Below are positions 17,482 to 26,679 of a DNA stretch of 58,041 nt, in pieces. The position numbers and the translations under genes are program-made. Source of the stretch: Minisyncoccia bacterium (GTDB taxonomy: Bacteria > Patescibacteriota > Minisyncoccia > Phycocordibacterales > GWA1-40-21); assembly GCA_044346845.1 (NCBI GenBank), contig JBIIYK010000001.1, positions 1 to 58,041 of the forward strand, given 5' to 3'. How positions within the stretch are numbered: position 1 is the stretch's first letter; every line of letters starts with the position of its first letter. A model generated the notes under the pieces. It made no database searches and was not told the origin of the DNA. It saw only the letters and a program-made list of their open reading frames with translations.

Positions 17482-18243
17482 ATGACCCAGAAACAAGTGG
17501 TTTTAAGATTAGATAAAAAGACTGGAGAGACTCCTCTGGAGTGCCTAAACAGATTTAAAACAGATAATCCGGAATATGCGGATGAGAAGATGACCTATGC
17601 GGGCCGGTTGGATCCTTTGGCCTCTGGAGTTCTCTTGGTCTTGGTGGGGGATGAGTGTAAGAAGAAAGAAAAATATTTAAATTTAGATAAAGAATATGAG
17701 TTGACTATCCTTTTCGGTTTTTCTACGGACAGTATGGATTTGTTAGGTTTGGTGGAGGACAAGAAAACTGGAGCTTTAGACTTCTTTGGCGGTTATAAAA
17801 AAAGTAATTTTGAGGAATTACTAAATAAATTTACCAAGACTTTTCTGCAAAAATATCCTCGGTTTTCTTCTAAAACTGTGGATGGCAAACCCCTATTTGA
17901 AATTGCTAAAGAGGAGGGAATAGAAGAAGATGATTTACCAACCAAAGAAGTAAAAATAAAAAAAATAGAATTTAAATCTTTTGGTCTTGTTTCAAAAAAA
18001 TATTTACATGATTTTGCTCTAGAATCTATTTTTTCCGTCAAAGGTAACTTTCGACAAAACATGAGCTGGGCTTTGTGGGAGAAAACTTTAGAAACTTTTC
18101 CGGATAAAAATTTTCCAACTTTAACCATAATAGTTTCCTGCACCAGCGGTACTTATATGCGAGCATTAGCCAAGTCCGTTGGGGCTGAAATCGGTTTTCC
18201 GGCTTTAGCTTTGAAAATAAAGCGTTTATCAATCGGGCGGTAA
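17482..18243 (+). CDS. truB: tRNA pseudouridine(55) synthase
   Basis: Catalytic motif YAGRLDPLASGVLLVLVG. Start taken at MTQKQVV (17482). The upstream part of the track ORF is antisense to hisS. Confidence 0.85.
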   Translation: MTQKQVVLRLDKKTGETPLECLNRFKTDNPEYADEKMTYAGRLDPLASGVLLVLVGDECKKKEKYLNLDKEYELTILFGFSTDSMDLLGLVEDKKTGALDFFGGYKKSNFEELLNKFTKTFLQKYPRFSSKTVDGKPLFEIAKEEGIEEDDLPTKEVKIKKIEFKSFGLVSKKYLHDFALESIFSVKGNFRQNMSWALWEKTLETFPDKNFPTLTIIVSCTSGTYMRALAKSVGAEIGFPALALKIKRLSIGR

Positions 18244-18245
18244 TC

Positions 18246-18309
18246 AGTAAAATATTTGCGCTTTACCCTTCCCGAATACGGGTGGGTCCTACGCGACGAA
18301 TATTTTACT
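18246..18309 (+). other. 64-nt hairpin immediately after the truB stop (terminator-like or regulatory)
   Basis: An 11-bp perfect lower stem AGTAAAATATT/AATATTTTACT encloses a GC-rich apical hairpin CCCG-AATA-CGGG. There is no clean T-run after it. Confidence 0.4.
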
Positions 18310-18425
18310 AATTACCGCCCTCGTGCTATACTCATCCTGTCGTAGATGTTCTCGGGGGTTTAAGCAAGTAAATTTCTTAGCCAAGGAGAGGGTCGCTCTA
18401 TCGATAAGTTTAACAAGAAAATACA

Positions 18426-18728
18426 ATGGCAAAGAAATTATATGTTGGTAACTTGTCTTATAACACCACTGATGCTTCACTTAAAGATGCTTTTGCACCT
18501 TTGGGAGAGGTTGAATCAGCAAATGTTATTACTGATAAGATGACCGGCCGTTCTAGAGGTTTTGGATTCGTTAATATGGTCAATGATGCGGAAGCAGAAG
18601 CGGCTATAGAAAAGATGAACGGAGCTGATATGGAAGGCAGAAAGCTTACTGTGAACGAGGCAAAACCTCTTTCAGAAAGGCCTCCAAAAAGAAATTTTGA
18701 CAACCGTTCTGGTGGTTCAAGATACTAG
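18426..18728 (+). CDS. RRM-type RNA-binding protein
   Basis: 100 aa. RNP2 LYVGNL and RNP1 RGFGFV motifs. It is preceded by TGCTATACT (18324-18332) and a 5' UTR of about 85 nt. Confidence 0.9.
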   Translation: MAKKLYVGNLSYNTTDASLKDAFAPLGEVESANVITDKMTGRSRGFGFVNMVNDAEAEAAIEKMNGADMEGRKLTVNEAKPLSERPPKRNFDNRSGGSRY

Positions 18729-18743
18729 TATCTAATACTTAAA

Positions 18744-18777
18744 CAAAAAAACAGAGAATTAATTCTCTGTTTTTTTG
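18744..18777. terminator. bidirectional intrinsic terminator between the RRM gene and typA
   Basis: Perfect 10-bp stem ACAGAGAATT/AATTCTCTGT, flanked by an A-run upstream and a T-run downstream. Confidence 0.8.
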
Positions 18778-18786
18778 TTTGTAATT

Positions 18787-20568
18787 TTATCTGATAGCTC
18801 TTGATCTATCAATCTTAGTTAAATACTTTTTTCTTAAACGAGTGTTAAGAGGTGTGACTTCCAAATAATCTTCACTGCCCATAATCTCTAAACCTTTTTC
18901 AATATCAATAGGCATAGATGGAGTTAAATATATAGCTTCATCAGAACTAGTTTTACGAACGTTGGTTAGATTTTTACCTTTGATTGGATTTACATCCATA
19001 TCTTCACCCTTGGTAACATTACCAATAAGCATTCCTTCATAAACTTCTGTTCCAGGATTAATATACAGCACACCTCTTTCCTGAAGATTCCAAAGGGCAA
19101 AAGCCAAGGCTTTACCATCCATCATAGAAACCATAGAACCAAATTCTTGTTTTTGTATATCACCGGCATATGGTTTGAAATCTAAGAAACGGCTACAAAG
19201 AATACCATTACCTCTAGTATCCACCACAAATTGACCCTTGAAGCCAAGTAGACCACGGGTAGGTACTTCATAAATCATTCGAACCTGGCCGTCTTTGGTT
19301 TTCATATCTTGCATAATACCTCGGCGTTTACCTAGTTTTTCAATTACCACTCCAGAACATTCTTCCGGTACATCAATAGTAACTTCCTCATATGGTTCAC
19401 TTTTAACCCCATCAATATCTTTAATAATCGCTTGAGGTTGAGAAACCTGTAATTCAAAACCTTCTCGGCGCATGTTTTCAATCAGGATAGCTATGTGTAA
19501 TTCACCTCGGCCATAAACCTTCATGGTGTCCTGGGTAAATTCAATTTTAAGACCAACGTTTATTTCCAATTCTCTTTCTAATCGCTCACGAATCTGACGG
19601 CCGGTTACAAATTTTCCTTCACGGCCGGCAAAAGGGCTGTCATTAACTAAAAAGTTTAGAGAAATTGTGGGTTCATCAATATTAATAGAAGGGAGAGTTT
19701 CTTGTTTATCATCTTCGCAAACAGTCTCTCCTATATAAGCATCTTCAAGTCCAGCAAAAAGGACAATGTCACCAGCAATCGCTTCGGTTACTTCTTTTCG
19801 GCTGATTCCTTCAAAAGTAAAAAGTTTGGTTATTTTAAAAGGTCTGGAAGCCCCTTCGTGGGTCTTGGAAAAAATCCTCTGTCCAGTTTTTAATGTGCCT
19901 TTGTAAATTCGGCAGATAGCCAGGCGGCCCATAAAATTATCATAAGCGAGGTTAAAAATCTGAGCGGTTAAAGGCAGTTTTTCATCTCCGGCATTGGCAG
20001 CAGCGGGGACCTTTTCTAAAATCAAATCCAAAAGTGGAGTTAAGTCTATTTGTTCATCGGTCGGTCTTTTCATGGCCACACCCTTTCGTCCCACGGCATA
20101 AATAGTAGGGAAGTCTAGCTGTTCATTATTAGCACCAAGCTCCATAAAAAGTTCTAGCACTGCTTCATGGCACCATTCTGGCTTAGCGGCATTTTTATCA
20201 ATTTTATTAATAATTACTATTGGTTTTAGGCCAAGCTCTAGAGATTTTTTTAAGACAAAGCGTGTCTGGGGCATAGGGCCTTCTTGAGCATCTACCACTA
20301 GAAGAACCGTATCAATAGAGCGTAAAACTCTTTCCACTTCAGAACCAAAATCAGCGTGACCGGGTGTGTCTACGATATTTATTTTAGTGCCTTTATAAGG
20401 AATAGAGGTGTTTTTGGCATAAATGGTAATACCACGCTCGAGCTCGAGTTTATTTGAATCCATAGAGACACCTTCTTTGGACATACCAGCTTGCTTCATA
20501 AGAGCATCTGTTAAGGTTGTCTTACCATGGTCCACGTGAGCAATAATTGCAATATTTCGTATTTCCAT
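18787..20568 (-). CDS. typA: translational GTPase TypA/BipA
   Basis: 593 aa. G1 AHVDHGKTT, DTPGHADF, NKIDK, and EF-G-like domains. Confidence 0.95.
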   Translation of the reverse strand: MEIRNIAIIAHVDHGKTTLTDALMKQAGMSKEGVSMDSNKLELERGITIYAKNTSIPYKGTKINIVDTPGHADFGSEVERVLRSIDTVLLVVDAQEGPMPQTRFVLKKSLELGLKPIVIINKIDKNAAKPEWCHEAVLELFMELGANNEQLDFPTIYAVGRKGVAMKRPTDEQIDLTPLLDLILEKVPAAANAGDEKLPLTAQIFNLAYDNFMGRLAICRIYKGTLKTGQRIFSKTHEGASRPFKITKLFTFEGISRKEVTEAIAGDIVLFAGLEDAYIGETVCEDDKQETLPSINIDEPTISLNFLVNDSPFAGREGKFVTGRQIRERLERELEINVGLKIEFTQDTMKVYGRGELHIAILIENMRREGFELQVSQPQAIIKDIDGVKSEPYEEVTIDVPEECSGVVIEKLGKRRGIMQDMKTKDGQVRMIYEVPTRGLLGFKGQFVVDTRGNGILCSRFLDFKPYAGDIQKQEFGSMVSMMDGKALAFALWNLQERGVLYINPGTEVYEGMLIGNVTKGEDMDVNPIKGKNLTNVRKTSSDEAIYLTPSMPIDIEKGLEIMGSEDYLEVTPLNTRLRKKYLTKIDRSRAIR

Positions 20569-20711
20569 TTTGTATAATTAAATAAAGCGCCGAAGCGCAG
20601 GTTTGATATCCAATTAAAGCATATATTTAATAAAATAGGAAGGGTAGGTAGAAACAATTTCTTTTCTATAACTTTTTAGGTTTTTTTATATAGCATAATT
20701 GTGTTCTCTTG

Positions 20712-20720
20712 TGGTATAAT
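20712..20720 (+). promoter_or_regulatory. extended -10 box TGGTATAAT for xfp
   Basis: TGgTATAAT ends 7 nt before the ATG at 20728, with no SD. This predicts a leaderless mRNA. Confidence 0.55.
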
Positions 20721-20727
20721 TTTCCTT

Positions 20728-23115
20728 ATGAATAATGAAATAGAAAAGATTAAGAAATTTGTGCGCGCCACAAATTATTTATCAGTTGGGCAAATTTATT
20801 TACAAAATAATTTTTTACTTAAAGACAAGCTAACTCTTGAGGATATTAAATCACGTTTACTTGGTCACTGGGGAACTTGTCCTGGTATTAACTTTGTTTA
20901 TGCCTGTTTGAATAATTTAATTATAAAGACTGACGCTAATATGATGTTTGTTTTAGGCCCAGGTCACGGCTTTCCAGCTCTTCAGTCTAATGTTTTCTTA
21001 GAAGGTACGCTTAGTAAATATTATAATGAGGCTCACATAAACGAAGCTGGTATTTCTTACATTACTAAAAATTTTAGCTGGCCATATGGTTTTCCAAGCC
21101 ATAGCAGCCCTATGACTCCGGGGGTTATTTTAGAGGGTGGGGAACTTGGTTATTCACTTTCTACCTCTTATGGGGCAGTTTTAGATAATCCAGATTTAAT
21201 CGTTGCTTGCCTCGTGGCAGATGGTGAAAATGAGACTGGAGCTTCTGCTACTGCTTGGCACCTTTCTAAATTTGTGGATCCGGCTAAAAATGGAGCGGTA
21301 TTACCTATTTTACATTTAAACGGTTACAAAATTTCTGGCCCAACTATTTTTGGTCGGATGAAAAATGCTGATCTCAAATCCTTGTTTAAGGGTTATGGTT
21401 ATGAACCAATTATTGTGGAAGGAAAGGGTGATAAGGTGTATGAAAAAATGGTAGAAGCCTTGGACATTGCTTATGCAGAGATCAGAAGAATTCAAAAAGA
21501 AGCTCGGGAGAATCCCAACAGAAAGCTTGATGATTATCTTAGATTTCCGATGATTATACTAAAAACCCCTAAGGGTTGGACAGGTCCAAAGTTTTTAAAA
21601 GGTTTTAAGATTGAGGGTAGTGGTGACAAAATAGAGGGTAACTGTTTATCACATCAAGTGGTGGGTAAAGAGGCTAAGACAGATAAAACTCAATTAAGAA
21701 TGGTGGAAAAATGGTTGCATTCATATAAATTTGAGGAACTTTTTGATACAGAAACTGGTTTTGTTAAAGATGTTTTAGACGTGGTACCTAGAGACGGTTT
21801 GCGAATGGGTGATAATCCTATTGCTCTAGGAATCAGAAAGGGTGATTTGAGTAGAAACTTGATTCTACCTAATGTTGAAAATTTTGAAACGAAAATGGAA
21901 AAAATGGGTGAGACGTCATTAGGGTCTATGAAAAGGATCGGAGAATATTTGGCGGAGGTTGTAAAACTTAATCAAGAAAAAAGAAATTTCCGTTTATTTT
22001 CACCAGATGAAACTTATTCTAATCGTCTGCAGGATATGTTCAAGGAGACTACCAGAGCTTTTGTAGGTAAGATAGAAGAGTGGGACAAGGATATGTCTCG
22101 TGACGGACGAATTATTGAGATGCTGTCTGAACAATCTTTGCAAGGTTTGGCACAAGGTTATATTTTGACCGGAAGATTTGCTATCTTTGTTTCCTATGAG
22201 GCGTTTATTCCAATAGTTTCTAGTATGGCTGATCAGTATAGTAAGTTTTTAAAAATCGCAAAGAAAACTGAATGGAGAGGGGATGTGCCATCATTTAATT
22301 ATATTTTAACTTCCACTGGTTGGCGTCAGGAACACAATGGCTTCTCTCATCAGAACCCAGGCTTTATGGATAGTTTACTACAAAAAGGCCACGATTTTAT
22401 TAATGTCTATTTTCCTGCCGACGCCAATGAAGCTGTCTTGATTATGGAAAAATGTTTGATTTCTAAAAATGAAATAAACGTAATTGTGGCTGAAAAAACC
22501 CTAGAGCCGGTTTGGCTTTCTTTGACAGAGGCCAAGAGAGAGGTAGAAGACGGTATTTCTATTTGGGGCTTTGCCAGTGATGATGACCCAGACGTTGTTT
22601 TTGCTGGTTGTGGACAGTATTTAGTAAAAGAATGTTTAGCCGCCATTAAATTAATTAAGGAAGAGGCGCCGGAGATAAAGGCGCGTTTTGTAAATATACT
22701 AGAGCTTTCTCCAAACACGGTTGGAAATAATAAATCTATAAGTGAAGCTAATTTTGAAAAATATTTTACTTTAGATAAACCAGTAATTTTAAATTTTCAT
22801 GGTTATCCAGATACTTTGGAGCAAACTTTATTCACCTATCAAAACGCTTTAGACAGGTTATCTATTCATGGCTACATGGAAAGCGGATCCACTACCACGC
22901 CACTTGATATTCATATTAGAAATAAAACTGACCGCTATAATTTATTCATTGAAGCTGTAAACAAAGTGGCCAAGGTGGGAGTAATTGGTTTAGAAAAAGC
23001 TAATACTTTGGTTAGGAAATATGAAAATAAGATTAAGGATCATAAGGATTATATTATGACTGTTGGTGACGATCCGGAAGAAATTTTGGATTGGAAATGG
23101 AACAATAATAAATAA
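20728..23115 (+). CDS. xfp: xylulose-5-phosphate/fructose-6-phosphate phosphoketolase
   Basis: About 795 aa. Phosphoketolase signatures GPGHG and EGGELGYS. Start placed at MNNEIEK, downstream of the -10 box. The track ORF begins at GTG 20701. Confidence 0.9.
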   Translation: MNNEIEKIKKFVRATNYLSVGQIYLQNNFLLKDKLTLEDIKSRLLGHWGTCPGINFVYACLNNLIIKTDANMMFVLGPGHGFPALQSNVFLEGTLSKYYNEAHINEAGISYITKNFSWPYGFPSHSSPMTPGVILEGGELGYSLSTSYGAVLDNPDLIVACLVADGENETGASATAWHLSKFVDPAKNGAVLPILHLNGYKISGPTIFGRMKNADLKSLFKGYGYEPIIVEGKGDKVYEKMVEALDIAYAEIRRIQKEARENPNRKLDDYLRFPMIILKTPKGWTGPKFLKGFKIEGSGDKIEGNCLSHQVVGKEAKTDKTQLRMVEKWLHSYKFEELFDTETGFVKDVLDVVPRDGLRMGDNPIALGIRKGDLSRNLILPNVENFETKMEKMGETSLGSMKRIGEYLAEVVKLNQEKRNFRLFSPDETYSNRLQDMFKETTRAFVGKIEEWDKDMSRDGRIIEMLSEQSLQGLAQGYILTGRFAIFVSYEAFIPIVSSMADQYSKFLKIAKKTEWRGDVPSFNYILTSTGWRQEHNGFSHQNPGFMDSLLQKGHDFINVYFPADANEAVLIMEKCLISKNEINVIVAEKTLEPVWLSLTEAKREVEDGISIWGFASDDDPDVVFAGCGQYLVKECLAAIKLIKEEAPEIKARFVNILELSPNTVGNNKSISEANFEKYFTLDKPVILNFHGYPDTLEQTLFTYQNALDRLSIHGYMESGSTTTPLDIHIRNKTDRYNLFIEAVNKVAKVGVIGLEKANTLVRKYENKIKDHKDYIMTVGDDPEEILDWKWNNNK

Positions 23116-23118
23116 ATT

Positions 23119-24300
23119 ATGAAATATTTAATTGTAAACCGGGGAAGTGCATCAGAGAAATACGCTATCTATACCAAAGAAGAATGCTTAGCGTTTTTGC
23201 ATTTGGAGAAAGCTGAAGCCGCTTCAGAATATACCAGTACTTTATTTATGGCTGGCAATAAGGAGGAAAATAGTATAACTAATAAGGAATTTGAAAAATC
23301 ATTGGATTATGCTCTGGCTGTCTTTATTAAACACGGAGTTATATCTACCAAGAATGATATTTCTGGTATTGGAATAAGAATAGTAGCCCCAGGTAAACAT
23401 TTTCAGGATGATAAAGTGATTGATGGTATTTATGAACAGGAGATAAGGAAAGTCTTGCGTGAGGCTCCGTTACATTTATTACCAACCTACGAAATGATTT
23501 TGTTACTCAAAAAAGTCTTTAGGGACATACCAATAGTGGGTATTTCAGACAGTGATTTTCACGACACAATTCCCAATTATGCTAAATATTATGCCTTACC
23601 GTTTGAGGATACTGAAAAACACCAGATAGAACGTTATGGTTATCACGGTATCTCTGTAGAATCTATTTTGAATAAACTAAAGGGCGAGGGTCCGTTACCA
23701 GACAAGATGATTATCTGTCATATTGGTAGCGGGGTTTCTGTGACGGCAGTAAAGGCGGGGAAGAGCATTGAAAACTCTATGGGCTTTACTCCGCTTGAAG
23801 GGGTAATGATGGCTACCAGGGGTGGGGATATTGATCCTGGAGTTGTGGCTATTATTGCTGATACTTTTGGACTTTTTAAAATTAGAAAACTAAAGGAGTA
23901 CTTAAATAAAAAATGCGGATTGCTAGGGGTTAGTGGTCAGAGTTCTGATGTTCGTAATTTAATTAAACTTGAAAATGGTGGAGATATGAGGTCTAAACTA
24001 GCCTTGGATATGTACGTCTATCGTCTGCAAAAATACATTGGCTCATATTTTGTTGCTCTTGGTGGTTTGGATGCTATTATTTTTACGGCTACCGTTGGGG
24101 AGAGATCTTTCATTATACGAGAGAGAATTTGTCAGGGGTTGGAGTCATTGGGGGTAAAAATTGATCAAGAGAAAAATAATCAGTCTGAGGGGGTAGATGC
24201 TCTCATTTCTCTCCCAGAGTCTAAGGTAAAAGTATTAGTCCGAAAGACAGATGAGATGGGGCAAATTGCTCGAGATACAATCAGTACTTTAAACTTTTAG
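23119..24300 (+). CDS. ackA: acetate kinase
   Basis: 393 aa. N-terminal LIVNRGSASEKY and the ERYGYHGIS motif. It begins 3 nt after the xfp stop, so it is in the same operon. Confidence 0.9.
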   Translation: MKYLIVNRGSASEKYAIYTKEECLAFLHLEKAEAASEYTSTLFMAGNKEENSITNKEFEKSLDYALAVFIKHGVISTKNDISGIGIRIVAPGKHFQDDKVIDGIYEQEIRKVLREAPLHLLPTYEMILLLKKVFRDIPIVGISDSDFHDTIPNYAKYYALPFEDTEKHQIERYGYHGISVESILNKLKGEGPLPDKMIICHIGSGVSVTAVKAGKSIENSMGFTPLEGVMMATRGGDIDPGVVAIIADTFGLFKIRKLKEYLNKKCGLLGVSGQSSDVRNLIKLENGGDMRSKLALDMYVYRLQKYIGSYFVALGGLDAIIFTATVGERSFIIRERICQGLESLGVKIDQEKNNQSEGVDALISLPESKVKVLVRKTDEMGQIARDTISTLNF

Positions 24301-24305
24301 TTTTT

Positions 24306-24602
24306 CTATAGTCTTTCTGTTAGGCTGTTTTCCACTTCTGAAATTTCTTTATCACTTAAACCATGTTTACTCTTGTTTTCTCTCATCCATTTTATTCTAG
24401 CTTCAATTTCTCCTTTTTCTAATCCCTTTGGGTGGGTGCTAGTAGGATGCATATTAAAGTCTGGAGCAAAGATTTCATCTACTTTAGATCTATCACGTCT
24501 ACTCAAACCCTCAGTGTACATCTCTGATTTAGCCTTCTTATATTCTTTTTGTGTGACGCGTGGTTTAGATGAACCACCAAATAAGATGTTAAAAATTCCC
24601 AT
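24306..24602 (-). CDS. hypothetical small basic protein
   Basis: 98-aa ORF with no recognisable motif. It is the only sizeable ORF in this gap. Confidence 0.4.
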   Translation of the reverse strand: MGIFNILFGGSSKPRVTQKEYKKAKSEMYTEGLSRRDRSKVDEIFAPDFNMHPTSTHPKGLEKGEIEARIKWMRENKSKHGLSDKEISEVENSLTERL

Positions 24603-24698
24603 AGTATTTTTTTATTTGCTAAAATTTTGCAAATTAATTAATCTAGTAAGACCTATATTATAGCATAAATAATTTTTATGTATTATAATGATATGTGT

Positions 24699-25565
24699 AT
24701 GAGAAAAAGTAATACTCTCTTATTTACTTTAATGTTGGTTCTGATTATGGCTTTTTTGGTGGCTATTAATTTCTTTAAAGATTCCCAGTATTTGATTGGT
24801 ATGGATAAATCAGCGGCGCAGATTATTTCTATTGCCTTGTTTGTTTTGATTATTTTATTATTTATTTATCGCGAGTTAGAAAATAAGAAAATCCAAAACG
24901 ATTTTATTGCTGTAGTGGCTCATAAATTTAGAACTCCTTTGACTGGTATACACTGGACTATAGACATGCTTCAGAAAGATATGACTTTGTTAGAAAAGAA
25001 AGACTTACTTTTAGAGATGCAGAAAGCTAATAACCGTCTTATGGAGATAGTAGATTTATTGGTGGACTTTGCCAAGTTTGATAAAAGGTTGATTTACGCT
25101 TCCGAAGTCGTTTCTCTAACGGATGTCGTAGCTACTTCTTTTAGTAAATATTCAGCAGCCATTAAGAATAAAAATATAAAATTTTCTGTGGATTCAACCA
25201 AGGAAGTACCAGAGATTATGGCTGATAAATCAAAGATTCAATTTGTAATAGATATGCTGATAGATAATGCTGTTAAATATACCCCCAAAGATGGTTCTGT
25301 CTCGGTTACGTTTGAAGCTGATAGTAAGACTGCTACGGTAAAGATAACGGATAGTGGTATTGGTATGAACTTCTTTGATAGCAAGAGAATATTCGGTTAT
25401 TTTTTCAGGGCTAAGAACGCGAAACTTATGGATACTGAAGGTTTAGGTCTTGGACTTTTTACTGCTCAAAATATTGTCGAGAGACATCAAGGTAAGATTT
25501 GGGCTTCATCACCTGGAGTGAATAAAGGCTCTACTTTCTTCGTTCGCCTGCCCATAAAAAGATAA
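24699..25565 (+). CDS. sensor histidine kinase (two TM segments, no obvious sensor domain)
   Basis: H-box VAHKFRTPLTGI and HATPase N/G boxes (DNAVKYTP, DSGIGM, GLGLGL). Start placed at MRKSNTLLF, 9 nt after TATAAT (24684-24689). The track ORF begins at 24678. Confidence 0.8.
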   Translation: MRKSNTLLFTLMLVLIMAFLVAINFFKDSQYLIGMDKSAAQIISIALFVLIILLFIYRELENKKIQNDFIAVVAHKFRTPLTGIHWTIDMLQKDMTLLEKKDLLLEMQKANNRLMEIVDLLVDFAKFDKRLIYASEVVSLTDVVATSFSKYSAAIKNKNIKFSVDSTKEVPEIMADKSKIQFVIDMLIDNAVKYTPKDGSVSVTFEADSKTATVKITDSGIGMNFFDSKRIFGYFFRAKNAKLMDTEGLGLGLFTAQNIVERHQGKIWASSPGVNKGSTFFVRLPIKR

Positions 25566-25630
25566 TTTTCTCACCCTTTATTTTTTAAAAGTTTTCTGTT
25601 AAGATGTGTTTTGTGGCGAAAGCCATTATA

Positions 25631-25756
25631 TTCCGTGGTAGTTGAGATGCGAACACTTGGAGCATCTCAAAGACGGAGCACGACGGTGCGAGTCGGGGTT
25701 GCGAAATTTTTCACCAGAAAAATATTTGTAACCAGCGGTTCCGCGAGCTACCACAA
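25631..25756 (+). ncRNA. GC-rich structured element E, closed by GTGGTAG/CTACCAC, with tRNA-Asn-like ends (family with 27538-27675 and 39742-39832)
   Basis: It begins with TCCGTGGTAG, identical to the tRNA-Asn 5' end. It contains three hairpins: TTGAGATGC/GCATCTCAA, GCAC-GACG-GTGC and GGTTGCGAAATTTTT/AAAAATATTTGTAACC. No ORF. Clearly GC-rich against the AT-rich flanks (not counted; the related insert at 27541-27600 counts 50%). Confidence 0.35.
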
Positions 25757-25771
25757 AAGAATATGCAATAT

Positions 25772-25846
25772 TCCGTGGTAGCTCAGCGGTAGAGCGATCG
25801 CCTGTTAAGCGATTGGTCGTAGGTTCGATCCCTACCCACGGAGCCA
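25772..25846 (+). tRNA. tRNA-Asn (GTT), CCA encoded
   Basis: Hand-folded cloverleaf TCCGTGG-TA-GCTC-AGCGGT-AGAGC-G-ATCGC-CTGTTAA-GCGAT-TGGTC-GTAGG-TTCGATC-CCTAC-CCACGGA-G-CCA. Confidence 0.9.
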
Positions 25847-26052
25847 TGTATATATTTGATATACATTTTTAATGGGGATGCCTAAATATAAATCGGGAGT
25901 AAAATATTTATTCTGGTATTTTTTGGTTATTGCATATTTTAGACCAGAAATTGCACCGGAATATGGCATTGAAAAAGAGGAGGGAGATTGAATTATATAA
26001 TTAGAAATGATATATTTAATGTATTGTTTTATTAATTTTAATTTGTAAGTGT

Positions 26053-26532
26053 ATGCAGGTAAAAGAGAAAATAATTTATTCATCGATAATCTTTCTGGCT
26101 TTTATAGCGGCTATCGTTATTCTTTTTAGTGTGTTTAATTTATACAAAACACTTGCTCCAAATTGGGGGATTGGTAATTCAATGTCTGATGCTCCTGGCT
26201 ATTATGCTTCTTGTCAAAAGTTTAAGAATAACTATGAAATAGGTGTTAATATAAATACTTATAATAAAGGGGTAGACAATGTTGTATTAGAGTTGGTCTC
26301 AAACGGTGGTATGACTTCAGATAAAGAAAAAATTGAAATTCCATTTATATCACAAAACTCCTCTGATATTGGAATATTTACTCTTACCGGCGAACCGACA
26401 AAAAGTTCTGTTATAAGGATAACTTACGTTATGAAAGGATTTTGGGGTCAGAAAAATTATTCATCAATAATTACACCAGGTCCAGATTGTTCAGTGACAG
26501 ACAATCCCGAACTTATGCCTAAACCGTATTAA
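26053..26532 (+). CDS. hypothetical signal-anchored or secreted protein (cassette 1)
   Basis: 159 aa. N-terminal TM segment IIYSSIIFLAFIAAIVILFSVF. No recognisable domain. Confidence 0.55.
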   Translation: MQVKEKIIYSSIIFLAFIAAIVILFSVFNLYKTLAPNWGIGNSMSDAPGYYASCQKFKNNYEIGVNINTYNKGVDNVVLELVSNGGMTSDKEKIEIPFISQNSSDIGIFTLTGEPTKSSVIRITYVMKGFWGQKNYSSIITPGPDCSVTDNPELMPKPY

Positions 26533-26542
26533 TTTATTATAG

Positions 26543-26639
26543 AAAACAATTTCTAACTCCATACACCAGATGGAGCAAAATTTCTAGCCTTATAAATCAT
26601 GGGTTATTTTTCTTACCCGTGATAGGATTCGAAACTATT
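26543..26639. repeat. junction element A: intact imperfect palindrome of about 97 bp between cassettes
   Basis: The left arm AACAATTTCTAACTCCAT (26545-26562) matches the reverse complement of the right arm ATAGGATTCGAAACTATT (26622-26639) at 12 of 18 positions. The left half recurs at 27437-27474 and 28419-28457, and the right half at 27728-27791. Confidence 0.6.
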
Positions 26640-26679
26640 ATTTTTTGTCATATATAGATTCTAATGTATAATCTTAAAT

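Noticed and set aside
25626-26083. Track ORFs 25626-25847(-) and 25832-26083(-)
   Set aside because: The first is antisense to tRNA-Asn and the structured element E. The second is a low-complexity AT-rich read-through with no start context.
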